From: Shigella phage Sf16
Length of the DNA: 64,000 nt
Direction: 5' to 3' (one strand)
Sequence record: MF158043
Shown here piece after piece: positions 25,488 to 40,560 of the stretch. The notes beneath the pieces were generated by a model that worked only from the letters and a program-made list of their open reading frames with translations, made no database searches and was not told the origin of the DNA. How positions within the stretch are numbered: the stretch's first letter is position 1; every line of letters begins with the position of its first letter. A program made the translations under genes and the position numbers.

Positions 25488-26837
25488 ATGAGTTCGAATA
25501 TCTTCAGACTTGCTGACAGATTATTCAACCAACCTTTACTAGCTACAGAATCATTAGCCCACTCAGCAGCGACTTATGTTAATAACCGCTTGTTAGGTGA
25601 GGTACAAGCAGCAGTAAACTTCGATAAGCCAAAAGGTGAAGCAAGAAGTCTTTTAAAAGTTAAAGAAGACATTGCTATCATCCCTATTATGGGTGGCCTA
25701 ACACATCGTATGACCTTCATGGATGCAATGTGTACTGGTGGACTAAGTTCTTATGAAGGTTTACGCAGAGGCTTTGACGAAGCCCTAGCAGATGAGTCTA
25801 TTAAGACTATCGTGCTGCACGTTGATTCAGGTGGTGGTGAAGCGTCAGGTTGTTTTGAGTTGGCACGTCACATCATGGCTTCAAGAGGCCAAAAGAAAAT
25901 TATTGCTTATGTAGATGAGTTTGCTTGCTCTGCTGCATACGCTCTTGCATCTTCCGCTGAAGAAATTATTGCATCACCAGATGCAGATGTTGGTTCAATT
26001 GGTGTGATTATGGTTCACCAAGAATTAACTAAAGCATTTGAAAAGAATGGCGTAACTATTAACGTTATTAAAGCTGGTGAATTTAAAGGTATGGGTTCCC
26101 CATTCCAAGCATTATCAGAAGAAAGCAAGAATAGACTTCAAAAGAGAATTGATGACACCTACAAGACTTTTACTAGTTTTGTTGCAGACTCACGTAATAT
26201 CTCTGAAGAAGCTGTAAAGAATACTGAGGCGAATGTTTATTCTGCTCAGGAAGCTCTTGAACTTGGTTTAATTAACTCTATCATGTCTCAAGATGATTTC
26301 TTAAATTACTTACAAGGTTCTGAAGAAGCTCCTGTAAGTTTAAACACAAACAATTCAGGTGAAGAAATGACTGAACAAGAAAAGCAAGAACTAGAAGCTC
26401 TGCGTCTTCAGGTTGCTCAAATGAAAGCTAAGGAACAGGAAGCAGTTCTTACAGATTTAACTGGTAAGATTTCTGCATCTGCTGAAGCTTTTGGGTTTGA
26501 TGCAAAAGAAGCTGCAACAACTATTTTAGGTGCTGGTCTTGACAACCCTCTGAGTGTTCTGTTTATGAATGCTATGGAAGGTGCTAACCAGAAACTTAAT
26601 GAAACTATCGCGTCCCATGCTTCTGCCATGTCTGAGAAGGATTCTGAAATCACTAAGCTGAAAGAAGCTGCTGGTGCTGTTCTGGAACACTCAAACGCTA
26701 TGGAAGAACTTGGCAATGACGGCGAAGCAGAAGTGGATGATGGTAAAGATACCACTCCAGAAGCAAATGTTAATGCTAACGCTGACCAACGCAAACTGGC
26801 TCTCCAGAATGCTTTGAATACTCTTATCAAGAAATAA
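25488..26837 (+). CDS. prohead protease (S49-like) fused to scaffold-like C-terminus
   Basis: IPIMGGL...DSGGGEASG...SIGVIMVH peptidase-like motifs; coiled-coil E/K/A-rich tail. Confidence 0.7.
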   Translation: MSSNIFRLADRLFNQPLLATESLAHSAATYVNNRLLGEVQAAVNFDKPKGEARSLLKVKEDIAIIPIMGGLTHRMTFMDAMCTGGLSSYEGLRRGFDEALADESIKTIVLHVDSGGGEASGCFELARHIMASRGQKKIIAYVDEFACSAAYALASSAEEIIASPDADVGSIGVIMVHQELTKAFEKNGVTINVIKAGEFKGMGSPFQALSEESKNRLQKRIDDTYKTFTSFVADSRNISEEAVKNTEANVYSAQEALELGLINSIMSQDDFLNYLQGSEEAPVSLNTNNSGEEMTEQEKQELEALRLQVAQMKAKEQEAVLTDLTGKISASAEAFGFDAKEAATTILGAGLDNPLSVLFMNAMEGANQKLNETIASHASAMSEKDSEITKLKEAAGAVLEHSNAMEELGNDGEAEVDDGKDTTPEANVNANADQRKLALQNALNTLIKK

Positions 26838-26849
26838 GGAACACAAATA

Positions 26850-27227
26850 ATGGCATATCAAGGTTTTACTAAATTAGGTGAAAGAGAACCTCTTAACGAT
26901 ATTATCCTTTGGGAAGAAATTACCCCAACTGGTCACTCTCGTAAAGAGTACGCTCCAGTAGCAAGCACAGAATACCGTGTTGGTGAAGTTCTGAAGGCTG
27001 ACGGCTCTAAAGTAGCTGCTGGTCAAGAAGCTCAGGCAGATTCTGTATGTATCGTTAACTTCTATGCAGACCTGCAACTGTCTTATCATGGTCAGTTAAA
27101 AGTCGTTGGTATCTACCGTGACGCTGAACTGAAAGACTTGCTGAAGCTAGAGAGTGGCGTTGATGCTGCTGCTGTCAAGTCTGCTCTTAAGGCGAAAGGT
27201 ATTGATTTCGTCCCAACTGGCCTGTAA
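26850..27227 (+). CDS. head decoration or accessory protein (hypothetical)
   Basis: Position between protease and capsid genes. Confidence 0.4.
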   Translation: MAYQGFTKLGEREPLNDIILWEEITPTGHSRKEYAPVASTEYRVGEVLKADGSKVAAGQEAQADSVCIVNFYADLQLSYHGQLKVVGIYRDAELKDLLKLESGVDAAAVKSALKAKGIDFVPTGL

Positions 27228-27258
27228 TTAATAATAAGACATTCTGGAGAATTTTACA

Positions 27259-28362
27259 ATGTTGACTAATTCTGAAAAAAGCAGATTTTTCCTTGCTGAC
27301 TTAACTGGTGAAGTCCAGTCTATTCCAAATACTTACGGATATATCTCTGGTCTGGGACTGTTCCGTTCTGCTCCACAAACACAGACTACTTTCCTGATGG
27401 ACTTGACTGATTGGGATATCAGCTTACTGGATGCGGTAGACCGTACCAGCCGTAAAGCTGAGACTAGCGCTCCTGAGCGTGTTCGTCAGATTAGCTTCCC
27501 GATGATGTACTTCAAGGAAGTTGAAAGCATCACTCCTGATGAGATTCAGGGTGTTCGTCAGCCAGGCACTGCAAATGAACTGACTACTGAAGCAGTTGTA
27601 CGTGCTAAGAAGCTGATGAAGATTCGTACCAAGTTTGACATTACTCGTGAGTTCTTGTTTATGCAAGCTCTGAAGGGTAAAGTTATCGACGCTAACGGTG
27701 TTCTGTACGCAGACCTGTACAAGCAGTTCGATGTAACTAAGAAGACTATCTACTTCGACTTGGACAACCCGAACTCTGATATCGATGCGCACATTGAAGA
27801 CCTGCGTATGCACATGGAAGATGAAGCTAAGACAGGTACTGTAATCAACGGTGAAGAAATTCACATCGTTGTTGACAGAACTTTCTTCAGCAAGCTTATC
27901 AAGCATCCTAAGATTCGTGACGCATACCTTGCACAGCAGACTCCGCTGGCTTGGCAACAGATTACTGGTTCTCTGAGAACTGGTGGTACTGACGGTGTTC
28001 AGGCTCACATGAACCGTTTCTACTACGGTGGTGTTGTATTCGTACAGTACAACGGTAAGTTCAAAGACAAGCGTGGTAAGACTCATACTCTGGTTAGCAT
28101 TGACGGTGTATCTGATACTAATGTTGGTGTAGGTCACGCATTCCCTAACGTAGCAATGTTAGGTGAAGCTAACAACATCTTCGAAGTTGCTTACGCTCCA
28201 TGTCCTAAGATGGGTTATGCAAACACTCTGGGTCAGGAACTGTATGTGTTCGAATATGAGAAAGACCGTGACGAAGGTATTGACTTCGAAGCCCACTCTT
28301 ACATGCTGCCATACTGCACACGTCCTCAACTGCTTGTTGACGTTCGTTCAGACGCTGAGTAA
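27259..28362 (+). CDS. major capsid protein
   Basis: 367 aa after protease/scaffold; position and size only. Confidence 0.6.
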   Translation: MLTNSEKSRFFLADLTGEVQSIPNTYGYISGLGLFRSAPQTQTTFLMDLTDWDISLLDAVDRTSRKAETSAPERVRQISFPMMYFKEVESITPDEIQGVRQPGTANELTTEAVVRAKKLMKIRTKFDITREFLFMQALKGKVIDANGVLYADLYKQFDVTKKTIYFDLDNPNSDIDAHIEDLRMHMEDEAKTGTVINGEEIHIVVDRTFFSKLIKHPKIRDAYLAQQTPLAWQQITGSLRTGGTDGVQAHMNRFYYGGVVFVQYNGKFKDKRGKTHTLVSIDGVSDTNVGVGHAFPNVAMLGEANNIFEVAYAPCPKMGYANTLGQELYVFEYEKDRDEGIDFEAHSYMLPYCTRPQLLVDVRSDAE

Positions 28363-28384
28363 TAACTTGAAAGGAGGGTTATAA

Positions 28385-28834
28385 ATGTGTTATACAGGCG
28401 ACCCCGCTAATAACCCTCTTGATAGAGTTCGAATCCTCTGCACCGACACTGACAACAATGAAATCCTCATTGACCAATCGGTGCTAGAGTGGTTCTACCA
28501 AGAATCTGGAAAGGATGAAAAGAAAGCAGCCATCAAAGCTCTTAAATATTTACTCTTTCAAGTAGCCAAGATGGGAGATGAGAAAGTTGGTGGTGTTTAT
28601 TTACGAAACTCTTCCAGATTCAAATCTCTGAAAGCTGTCTATGACGACCTAGTTAAAAGCTCTGTTAGTGGCCTCCCTTATGCGGGGGGTATTAACCAGT
28701 GTGATATTGATATGCGTCGTCAAAATCCTTGCTCTGTCAAGAAATATACTGAATATGGCGATGCTGTTAGATACTACGGTAGAGATTACTGTGAACGTGT
28801 CAATGGTGTATTTATTATCGAGCGAGATGAATAA
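28385..28834 (+). CDS. head-tail connector / head completion protein (hypothetical)
   Basis: Position. Confidence 0.4.
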   Translation: MCYTGDPANNPLDRVRILCTDTDNNEILIDQSVLEWFYQESGKDEKKAAIKALKYLLFQVAKMGDEKVGGVYLRNSSRFKSLKAVYDDLVKSSVSGLPYAGGINQCDIDMRRQNPCSVKKYTEYGDAVRYYGRDYCERVNGVFIIERDE

Positions 28835-29316
28835 TGGTTAAAAGGGTTATTCACCCCGCTAGAGCTAAATTAGTCGGGGCTATGAAGAACTTGCATACGG
28901 CTAATGCTCAAGTTGGGTATTTTCAGGAACAAGGTCAACATAGCTCTGGTTTTTCTTACTCTGCTTTAATGTACTTGCATGAAGTTATTGGTGTACCAGC
29001 AGCTTCAGGTAAAGTATATCGTAGGTTGTTTGAAATTACTATGATGTTACACAGACAGACCTTGTTAGAGCAGACTAAGAAGAATCTCTATAAGCAATTA
29101 AACAGTCTTAATACTGACCCCTCAGATACTTTAGAAGCATTTGCAAAGAGTGCTCAGAAAGCAATTAAAAGAGGTTTTGGTAATACGGCTATATTGCCTC
29201 CTAACGCTCCATCTACAGTTAAAAAGAAAGGCTTCAATGCCCCTCTTGTGGAAACTGGAGATTTACGAGATAGCCTTGCTTATAAAATCTCTACTAAGAA
29301 AGGTATTAAAAAATGA
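28834..29316 (+). CDS. neck/head-tail joining protein (hypothetical)
   Basis: Position. Confidence 0.4.
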   Translation: MVKRVIHPARAKLVGAMKNLHTANAQVGYFQEQGQHSSGFSYSALMYLHEVIGVPAASGKVYRRLFEITMMLHRQTLLEQTKKNLYKQLNSLNTDPSDTLEAFAKSAQKAIKRGFGNTAILPPNAPSTVKKKGFNAPLVETGDLRDSLAYKISTKKGIKK

Positions 29317-29714
29317 GACTCTTAAATAGACACAGCTTTGTAGTTAAAAGAAAGGTATCTGAAGATGGTCATTACAATGAAGATGGTGATTGGGTAGCTT
29401 CACAGGATGTTGTATCAATTAACTGCAAAGGTAATATTCAACCTTATATTAAGGGTTCTGTAAAGAATGGTACACAGATTGTTTTACCTGAAGGTATCAG
29501 ACTAACAGATACAAGAATCCTTTTCACTGTAGCTGAGTTAAGAACGTCTGATGATGTTGATTGGACTGAAGCTGATATTGTCATGATTAAGGGACACGAA
29601 TACGAAGTCTTTATGACAATGGATTGGTCTGAACAATTAGCTCACACATCCCATTATGAGTATATCATTATTAGAAGGGATAAGATGAATGCAGTTAGAA
29701 ACAGCAGAACTTGA
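29313..29714 (+). CDS. neck/tail completion protein (hypothetical)
   Basis: Position. Confidence 0.4.
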   Translation: MRLLNRHSFVVKRKVSEDGHYNEDGDWVASQDVVSINCKGNIQPYIKGSVKNGTQIVLPEGIRLTDTRILFTVAELRTSDDVDWTEADIVMIKGHEYEVFMTMDWSEQLAHTSHYEYIIIRRDKMNAVRNSRT

Positions 29715-30288
29715 GAAAGGTATTGTCCGAGTTTTGGTTGATGTTATTGGTCACCGTCTAGCGAGAGACAAGAATAACAGACCAAATGTTATCAGGGCTT
29801 ACCCTTCAGATAATTCCAATGATAAAGGTCTGAAACCAGACCAACCTTTTATTACAGTATACTGTCAAGATGCTACCACACCTTATGGTTGGGTTCTTGA
29901 TAAGTTCGTGGAAGATGATGCAGTTTGTTACAGAATTGCTTTCCAGATTCCTGTACTGATTACTGTAAATGGTAAAGGTGCTCACAGTATTATGCTTGAG
30001 CTAAAACAAAGATTAGAGATGAGTACTACAAGAGATTATCTAGCTGACATGACAGGTGCTTCAGTACTTGATACAGGGGCTATCCCGAATGATTATACTT
30101 ATCTCAACACAGATTTTGAAAATTCTGCACCTCTTGTTGTAACCCTTGTAAAAAATTCAGTATTAAAAGATGAACGTGGAAGTATTATTGAACGTGTCAT
30201 TGTGGATGGTGAATTGGTTTACGAGGAAGGACAGGAGCCACCAGAATATACTATCCATCTAGATGTAGACTCCAAAGGGGTAAAATAA
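29689..30288 (+). CDS. tail completion protein (hypothetical)
   Basis: Position. Confidence 0.4.
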   Translation: MQLETAELEKGIVRVLVDVIGHRLARDKNNRPNVIRAYPSDNSNDKGLKPDQPFITVYCQDATTPYGWVLDKFVEDDAVCYRIAFQIPVLITVNGKGAHSIMLELKQRLEMSTTRDYLADMTGASVLDTGAIPNDYTYLNTDFENSAPLVVTLVKNSVLKDERGSIIERVIVDGELVYEEGQEPPEYTIHLDVDSKGVK

Positions 30289-31641
30289 ATGTGGAATCCA
30301 ATTGTTAATGTAGATATTACATTGAACACAGCAGGAACTACAAGAGAAGGTTTTGGTTTACCATTATTCCTTGCTTCAACAGATAACTTTGAAGAAAGAA
30401 TCCGTGGTTACACTTCATTAACAGAAGTAGCCGAAGACTTTGATGAAAGTACTGCTGCGTATAAAGCTGCAAAACAGCTATGGAGCCAAACTCCAAAAGT
30501 AACTCAACTGTATATTGGTAGAAGAACTATGCAATATACTGTTTCTATTCCTGATACAGTGGCTGAAGGAAGTGAATATTCATTGACAGTTGCTATCGGT
30601 GGTGGTGTTTCTCAGCCATTCCAATACACTGCAAAAGAAAATGACACAGCACTTATTGTCTTGAATGAGTTTAAATCACAGATTGAAGCAAGCCCAACAA
30701 TTAAAGATGGTGTTAATGCTAGTGTAACAGGTACTGGTGCTTCTGCGACGATGATTATTACTAAAGCTGGTGATAATGACTTCGTAAAAGTAACGTCCAT
30801 TACACCTACAACGTCTATTGCAGCAACAACTGCTGACACGGCTTCCGCTGCTCTGGCATCCATTGAAACATATTCAACAGATTGGTACTTCATCTCAGCA
30901 GAAGACAGAACTCAACAGTTTGTCTTGGCAATGGCTTCAGAGATTCAGGCGCGTAAGAAGATTTTCTTCACAGCTAATGCTGACGTTAAGGCTCTGCAAG
31001 GCACTGATTTGACCTCTGCAACAGATGTTCCGGCACAGTTAGCTAAGAGCAAGTACACTCGTACAGTTTGCTTGTGGCATCACACAGCCGAGTTTGACTA
31101 CCCAGAAATGGCTTACATCGCATATGGTGCCCCATATGATGCAGGCTCAATTGCTTGGGGTAACGCCCAATTAACTGGTGTTGCAGCATCTCTACAACCT
31201 GCTAACCAGAGACCACTGATAAGCATTCAGAAGTCAGCTTTAGACACTCGTAGCTGTAACTTCATTGACCTCGATGGTGGGGTTCCTGTAGTGCGCAGAG
31301 GTATCACTTCTGGTGGTGAATGGATTGATATTGTACGTGGTGTTGATTGGCTTGAATCTGATTTGAAAACATCTCTGAGAGACTTGCTAATTAATCAGAA
31401 GGGTGGTAAGATTACTTATGATGATACTGGTATTACCCGTATTCGTCAGGTCATTGAAACATCTCTTCAGCGAGCAGTTAACAGAAAATTTTTGTCAACT
31501 TACACCGTTACTGTTCCTAAAGCCTCACAAGTTGCATTGGCAGATAAGAAAGCACGTATCCTGAAAGACATTACCTTCCACGGTATTCTTGCAGGGGCTA
31601 TCTTGGATGTTGACTTGAAAGGCACAGTGGCTTACGAATAA
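30289..31641 (+). CDS. tail sheath protein (putative)
   Basis: 450 aa directly upstream of a ~148-aa tube-like gene; arrangement only. Confidence 0.5.
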   Translation: MWNPIVNVDITLNTAGTTREGFGLPLFLASTDNFEERIRGYTSLTEVAEDFDESTAAYKAAKQLWSQTPKVTQLYIGRRTMQYTVSIPDTVAEGSEYSLTVAIGGGVSQPFQYTAKENDTALIVLNEFKSQIEASPTIKDGVNASVTGTGASATMIITKAGDNDFVKVTSITPTTSIAATTADTASAALASIETYSTDWYFISAEDRTQQFVLAMASEIQARKKIFFTANADVKALQGTDLTSATDVPAQLAKSKYTRTVCLWHHTAEFDYPEMAYIAYGAPYDAGSIAWGNAQLTGVAASLQPANQRPLISIQKSALDTRSCNFIDLDGGVPVVRRGITSGGEWIDIVRGVDWLESDLKTSLRDLLINQKGGKITYDDTGITRIRQVIETSLQRAVNRKFLSTYTVTVPKASQVALADKKARILKDITFHGILAGAILDVDLKGTVAYE

Positions 31642-31655
31642 AGGAGTAATTAGGA

Positions 31656-32102
31656 ATGGCTATGTATCAGCAATATTCCCCTAAAGATGTAGTTTGTAGC
31701 TGGAATGGCATTGCCATTGAAGGTTTTGCACCAGACTCATTCTTGCGTCTTCAGAGAACTTCTCCACTTGTTACGCCAGTTGTAGGTGCAGGTGGTCAAG
31801 TAGCTCTGACAAGAAATGCAGACAAGACAGGTACGATTGAGATTGAGCTAATGCAGACTTCTCTATCAAACCAGATGCTTTCTGCAATTCAAGCTAAACA
31901 AGATGACATGGAACTTGAAGAAGATATCTCATCTAACTTTGTAATTTACGACCCATCTGGTTCAGTTCTGGCAACAGGTATTAATGCTTGGTTGCAAGAG
32001 CTTCCACAGATTGAATTAGGTCGTGACCAGAACTCGAAAACTTGGATTTTCGGTTGTGAGAAGTTAGACTACACTTCAACAATCCCTGCGTCAAGCGTTT
32101 AA
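31656..32102 (+). CDS. tail tube protein (putative)
   Basis: 148 aa between sheath-like gene and chaperone/tape-measure; strong terminator follows. Confidence 0.5.
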   Translation: MAMYQQYSPKDVVCSWNGIAIEGFAPDSFLRLQRTSPLVTPVVGAGGQVALTRNADKTGTIEIELMQTSLSNQMLSAIQAKQDDMELEEDISSNFVIYDPSGSVLATGINAWLQELPQIELGRDQNSKTWIFGCEKLDYTSTIPASSV

Positions 32103-32115
32103 CAAATCCTAATAA

Positions 32116-32153
32116 GGGGGAGACTGTAAAAGGTCTTCCCCTTTTGTGTTTTT
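32116..32153 (+). terminator. rho-independent terminator after tail tube gene
   Basis: GGGGGAGAC-loop-GTCTTCCCC followed by TTTTGTGTTTTT. Confidence 0.7.
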
Positions 32154-32178
32154 ATAGCATAACTTTTAAGGAATCACA

Positions 32179-32580
32179 ATGAAGACTGAAACTAAAATGA
32201 TTAACGGCAAGAAGGTAACTATTATTCTTCTTGGAGCAAGAGATGGTATCCGTATCTCTATGAAACTTGGTAAAGCAGTTGTACCAGCATTTGCACAGAT
32301 GTTCTCTGGTTTAACCTCTAAAGATGGGGAAGCTAAAATCCCATTTAAAGAACTCGTTGAAGCTTGCTTTGAAAAGGTTGACGAACTAGATATTGATGCA
32401 ATGGCAGAGACACTATTTCAGGGGGCAACAGTTAACGACTTCCCACTGAAAATTGATAGTTACTTCCAAGCGAACTACGGTGAATTTATTGACTTCTTAG
32501 CTTTTGCTTTGGAGGCAAACTTCGGAAGTTTTTTCGAGGCAAGCATTTTCAAAAGCCTAACTTCTCAGCAGGAAGCTTAA
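32179..32580 (+). CDS. tail assembly chaperone (putative)
   Basis: Position just upstream of tape measure. Confidence 0.45.
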   Translation: MKTETKMINGKKVTIILLGARDGIRISMKLGKAVVPAFAQMFSGLTSKDGEAKIPFKELVEACFEKVDELDIDAMAETLFQGATVNDFPLKIDSYFQANYGEFIDFLAFALEANFGSFFEASIFKSLTSQQEA

Positions 32581-32588
32581 GTTATTCT

Positions 32589-32816
32589 ATGCAGACCCCG
32601 CTGACTGACGGGGCTGTAAAGGCAACTTATGATGAAGCAGATGAGATGAAATTTGTGCTTGCTATTTATGGTATGGATGGGTGTAAAGAAACACTCAACC
32701 AACTTTTTGATATGACCTTCGTTGATTTATTATCTCTACGTCAGTATTTAGAAATCCAGAAGTCATATAAAGAAGAAATGGCTTACAACGAACTCAGAAA
32801 AGCAGGTAAAATTTAA
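32589..32816 (+). CDS. tail assembly chaperone partner (putative)
   Basis: Small ORF abutting tape measure start. Confidence 0.4.
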   Translation: MQTPLTDGAVKATYDEADEMKFVLAIYGMDGCKETLNQLFDMTFVDLLSLRQYLEIQKSYKEEMAYNELRKAGKI

Positions 32817-35052
32817 TGGCACAATATACAGTTGATAGTTTTATTGTTGAACTTGGATTCAGTGAAAAGGTTATTAAGGGTTTGCAAAGAGTTGAGAAAA
32901 TGGCTATGCAGTCTGCTCAACGTATCGAACGCAATATCAATAAAGCCTTTGATGTGAAGCCTAATAGAAGTTCACAAGACGCTCTAAACAGACTTGTAAA
33001 AAACGCTCAGACTGCTTCAGGCAGAATCAATAAATCCCTAAACAATGCTATGAATTTAGATTCACAAGGTGTAAAATCACTTCGTAGATTAGAAACACAG
33101 GGTAAGAAAACAGCCAAAGAAATTAATAAGGCTCTAAGACAAGCTATGAATGTTGAAGGTAAAGTCAATGTTCGTGGTGGAGTTGGTAGAGGCCGTGGTA
33201 ATACTATCCCTCCGGTTGGAGGTGGTGGTTCACCTAGAGTCAGACCTGATATTGCTCAAAGACAGATGGAAAGAATGTTTAACAACAACTTCTATTCTGG
33301 TTTGACTCGTCGTCTTGAAACAATTGGTGGACAAGGCAACCAAATGGCTACTTCCTTCAGAGGAAGCTTACAAGGAATCTATAATAAGTACAAAGGTAGT
33401 GGTAAAGTTGGTGAGTATGAGATGGAAGTTAAGAAACTCATTGACACTACCAAACGTTGGGTTATTGCAGAAAATGCTAGACTTAAGGCAGTCAGAGAGT
33501 CAGCTTGGTTACAAGACAGAGCAAACTCTTCACTAAGACAGCTTGTAGGTGGTTTTGTTTCAGCGTATGCTATGCTGGAATTAGCTCAGAAGACTATTGA
33601 TGCAGGTGTAAAGAGACAGTCTGCACAGTTAGCCTCAACAGCTATCTTTGGAGGGGATACACAGCAAGCGAGAATGTTCGCTGCTACGTTCTCTCACCAG
33701 ATTGGTCAGAACTACACAGACACTATGAAGCAGTACTCAAACTTCGCTGCTGGTGCTCAACCAGAGTTAGGTTTCCAAGGGACTCAAGAGTTCTATAAGA
33801 ATGCTGCTATGTTCTCACGTATTCGTGGTGCTTCTGATGAAGACTTGAAAGGTATCATGGTTGCTTTCCAGCAAATGGCATCTAAAGGTAAGATTCAGGC
33901 TGAAGAACTTCGTGGACAGTTAGGTGACCGTTTGGCAGGTGCTGTTCAGTTATTCTCTGATGCTATTGGTAAAACTCCACAAGAACTTGACAAGATGATG
34001 AAAGATGGTCAGCTTCTTGCAAAAGACGTTCTACCAAAAGTCTCAGAAAAAATGAGAGAGCTTGTTGAAGCAGCAGGTGGTATGAATGCAGTTTCTAAGC
34101 AGACAGCTACCTCTATGGGTCAAGCAAAGGCAATGTGGGATAACACCCTTGTAGCTTTGTTTAACAACTCTAGCGAAGGTATCTCACAACTCTCTAACTC
34201 AGTTGCAATGTTCTTGCAAGGTTCCCTTGGTACATCTGAAGCACTTGGTACAGGTATTGGTTACCTTTTAAAAGGTGCTAGTAACCTTCTAGACTTCGTG
34301 ACAGATATCATGTACCGCATTTCTTCATTATACTATACCTCAATGGGCTATTTCAAGGAATTAGATGCTAGTCAACAGAAACTAATCAAGGATTCTGCTG
34401 AGTTAGTTGCTACGTTCACCGCTATTGGTGTCTCAATTGCAGCTATTACAAAAGTCGCTAAAATCTTTGGTGGTACTGTAGCATTTGTCAAGAGTATCTT
34501 TGAAGAAGGTATCTTAGCTAAGATTGCACAGAAGTTTGGATTAACTACAGCAGCAGAAACAGCAGCTACAACGGCTGGTGTATCAGCAACCAGAATGGCT
34601 CTTGGTGTAGGTGGTTCTGCATTAATGTTATCTGGTTCAGTTGACAAGAATGCTGGAAAGAGATTTAACGAGGTTAACACACCTAATCCTTTCAATGAAG
34701 CTATCTCAGGAATCACTAATCCAAAACGTCCAATGTTCTTTGACCAGAATGGACAACTTCAGTTTGCACAATATACCACAGACACTTCTGGAAATATTCA
34801 GAGAGTTGATAATGGTTTGTCAAATTGGGATATTATCATGAACAACCTGTCTGAGTCTCTAAATAACTTTGCAAACAAGTTTAACCAGACACCTATGATG
34901 ATGACTCCTTCTGGACTACCATTGCAAACTAAGCAGACGCTTAACGTTTCCTTTAATCTGGATGGTAAGCAGATTGCTACTAAGATGGTGGATATCACTG
35001 ATAAGAGTCAGGAAGATATTCTGTTAAACTCTAGCTACCCAGAGGATGAATA

Positions 35053-35053
<1 letters not shown>
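32816..35053 (+). CDS. tail tape measure protein
   Basis: 745 aa; coiled-coil N-half, Gly-rich segment, hydrophobic central stretch. Confidence 0.75.
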
Positions 35054-37814
<2,761 letters not shown>

Positions 37815-37815
<1 letters not shown>

Positions 37816-38231
37816 TGAAAACAGATTTTGCAATCAATCTTGGTGGTGACTACGTAGCTAAATTAGGAAATGATTCTGTATACGTTGCTCACGGAGATTT
37901 AAAAATTACGGGTAATCAGATTAGAATTATCCCAGAAGACGATAAAGCTACTCAGGTAGCTCAAAGATTACATATTAGGTGTCTTCTAAGGGCTGGAGAA
38001 GTATTCTTTAATACATCTGCTGGATTCCCTTATTTACAGCTTGCTAAGTTCAAGCAGAAGACCTCTATTTTTGATAATTATATGAAAGGTTACCTTGTTG
38101 AAACGAGAGATGTAACAAACATCTACAACTACTCTTCAACAATGGATAATGCAATGAGAAAAGTGTCAGTCAGATTTAATGCAACGACAACTGCTGACGA
38201 TGTTGAAATTAATACAGAGGTAAACATTTAA
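37815..38231 (+). CDS. gp25/W-like baseplate wedge protein (putative)
   Basis: 138 aa directly before J-like gene. Confidence 0.4.
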
Positions 38232-39700
38232 TGGCTGGATTAACAACTACAGGTTTACAAACAAAAAGATATCAAGAAATCTTGGATGATGTTAAAGCAA
38301 GTCTGTATAGAGATATCTCACCAAACCTTGATGTTTCTGAAGATAGCGAACTTGGGTTATTCTTAGCTTCTGTTTGCCGAGGTCTTGCAGACGTTCATGA
38401 AATCTTGTCAGAAATCTATGATGGTGGTACTATTGACAAAGCTGAAGGATTCAGTTTAGATGATGTAACAGCTTTGAATGCTGTATACAGATATGTGGCA
38501 CAAGCTACAAGAGGTCAAGCTGAGTTCACTGGTAACTCTGGTGCTCCTGTACCAGCAACTACAAGATTAAGAAGCACAGCAGGTAACATCTTTTACCCTG
38601 TGTCAACTTTCACGCTGACTCCATCTTACTGTGTAGAGGCAAACTTAGAAGTTAACTCTTTACGAACAGATGCAAACTATGTTATTATCATTGATAACAT
38701 TGAGTATTCATATCAGCCGACTAGCTCTGATACCATTACAACATTGCTACAGAAACTTGCAGATGCTATTAATGGTGGTATTATTGCAAAGGCTGAAGTT
38801 ACTAATGATGGCTCAGTTCTAAGAATCTATAAAGACACTGGAGATATCATTGCCAGAACTAACCCTATGGTTGTTACTGCAACGACATTCTTAACATTTA
38901 CAAAGATTACTTCAATCAGTGACGTTGTAGCAGATGAAACTGGAGCTATCCAGACTCTGGCAGGAACCTTGATTGAGATTGAAACAACTGTAGATGGTCT
39001 TGATAGTGTCTTCAACAGATATGATTTGACAACAGGTCGTGATGAGGAAACTGACACAGAACTGAGACAACGTTACTTAGAATCTCTGGCTGTTACCGGT
39101 GTAGGTACTCTGGATGCTATTGTAGCTGCTGTAAAGAGAGTTCAAGGTGTGTCTGACGCTTCTGGTGTAGAAAATGATACTGAGACAACAAACTCTGATG
39201 GTCTTCCTCCGAAGTCTTTTAAGATTGTTGTAGTTGGTGGTCAGAATGATAATATTGCACAGGCAATCTGGGACACGAAACCTGCTGGTATTCGCCCATA
39301 TGGTGCAATCTTTGGGACTGCATATGACTTAGGCTCTCTCCCTCACGATGTTTACTTTAGTAGACCAATGCCTAAATACGTTTTTGTCAAGGTCACTTAC
39401 TCTCTTTACGATGAAGAAACTCTTAACATCCCTGAACAGGATATTCATGACAGAATTGTTCAAGGTATCAATACCTATGGTAGAACGTTGAAAGTTGGTA
39501 ACGATGTAATCCCTAACAGAATTTATGGGCATATCTATGATGTGATTCAAGGTATTGAGATTAATGAGATTAAGGTTGCACTTTCAAACAACCAAGCAAT
39601 TCCACCTGCTGATGAGCAGTACACCACTTCAAGAATTACTATTGATGGTGACCAGTACACTGTTTGGGAAAGCTCACAGTATACAATTACCAAGGAGTAA
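38231..39700 (+). CDS. baseplate J-like protein (putative)
   Basis: 489 aa in canonical position. Confidence 0.5.
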   Translation: MAGLTTTGLQTKRYQEILDDVKASLYRDISPNLDVSEDSELGLFLASVCRGLADVHEILSEIYDGGTIDKAEGFSLDDVTALNAVYRYVAQATRGQAEFTGNSGAPVPATTRLRSTAGNIFYPVSTFTLTPSYCVEANLEVNSLRTDANYVIIIDNIEYSYQPTSSDTITTLLQKLADAINGGIIAKAEVTNDGSVLRIYKDTGDIIARTNPMVVTATTFLTFTKITSISDVVADETGAIQTLAGTLIEIETTVDGLDSVFNRYDLTTGRDEETDTELRQRYLESLAVTGVGTLDAIVAAVKRVQGVSDASGVENDTETTNSDGLPPKSFKIVVVGGQNDNIAQAIWDTKPAGIRPYGAIFGTAYDLGSLPHDVYFSRPMPKYVFVKVTYSLYDEETLNIPEQDIHDRIVQGINTYGRTLKVGNDVIPNRIYGHIYDVIQGIEINEIKVALSNNQAIPPADEQYTTSRITIDGDQYTVWESSQYTITKE

Positions 39701-40560
39701 CAATGTTTAAAAAGATTGAAAACTTTTATGAGAAAACATTGGACGAAAGAACTGTAACTCAATTCAAAGATAAGTTTATTTACACAAGTCTATTGAAATC
39801 TATCACAGATGAGTTACAATTATTAGAGGATATTAGTAATCAGTTATATACTGAAAGAAATATTCGTGTAGGTGTTGGCACACAACTTGATAACATCGGG
39901 GCTTTGATTAAAGTCCCTAGACCTATTGGTGCTGATGATGACATTTACAGAGCTACCCTCTACATTCAAATTTTCTTAAGACGTTCTGACACCACACCAA
40001 GCTTCTTACAAAAAGCTGTTATGACCCTTTACAACGCATCATTCAGTCAGATTTTTGAGCACATTACGCCAATGACTGGTGGAATTGTTATCCGTGTAAA
40101 CACTCGTAATGACGTGTTAGATACAGCATACACACTTTCTAAGATTGCTGCAACAACTATTGGTTCAGCAGTTATCCTTAGAGATGTTACCTTAAATGGC
40201 ACTGCTTGGACTCCTGTAGAGGTTGCTGATTCATCTCTGGCAATCACTGATGAGAACAATAACTGGTTTGTAACAAACACTAACAAGGGTCTTATTACGA
40301 ACAACACAGGTGGCTCTCTAGAAGCAAATAAATTAGGTAGTTTTGCAGATGCAGGTGTAAGAGATGGTTATGTAAGAGTGGATAAAACTGGTGGAAGTAC
40401 CAGTAAAGATTATTTAAAAGTCAGCAAAACAAACAATAGCAACGACTATTTCATTGCTGGTAAAGAAACAGTAGCAGGTGGTGATTATGGGATTATGGCA
40501 GAAGTCGCCCAAATCGTCAAAGGCAGAAAAGATAAATCTCAACAAGAAGGAAGTTCATAA
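39664..40560 (+). CDS. baseplate/tail-fiber attachment protein (putative)
   Basis: Position; true start may be downstream of the overlap. Confidence 0.45.
   Translation: MGKLTVYNYQGVTMFKKIENFYEKTLDERTVTQFKDKFIYTSLLKSITDELQLLEDISNQLYTERNIRVGVGTQLDNIGALIKVPRPIGADDDIYRATLYIQIFLRRSDTTPSFLQKAVMTLYNASFSQIFEHITPMTGGIVIRVNTRNDVLDTAYTLSKIAATTIGSAVILRDVTLNGTAWTPVEVADSSLAITDENNNWFVTNTNKGLITNNTGGSLEANKLGSFADAGVRDGYVRVDKTGGSTSKDYLKVSKTNNSNDYFIAGKETVAGGDYGIMAEVAQIVKGRKDKSQQEGSS

Noticed and set aside
27424-28137. 237-aa minus-strand ORF inside the major capsid gene
   Set aside because: Antisense to a well-supported structural gene in an operon read entirely on the plus strand; no RBS; low-complexity translation
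34372-34998. ORFs inside the tape measure gene
   Set aside because: Embedded in or antisense to the 745-aa tape measure ORF
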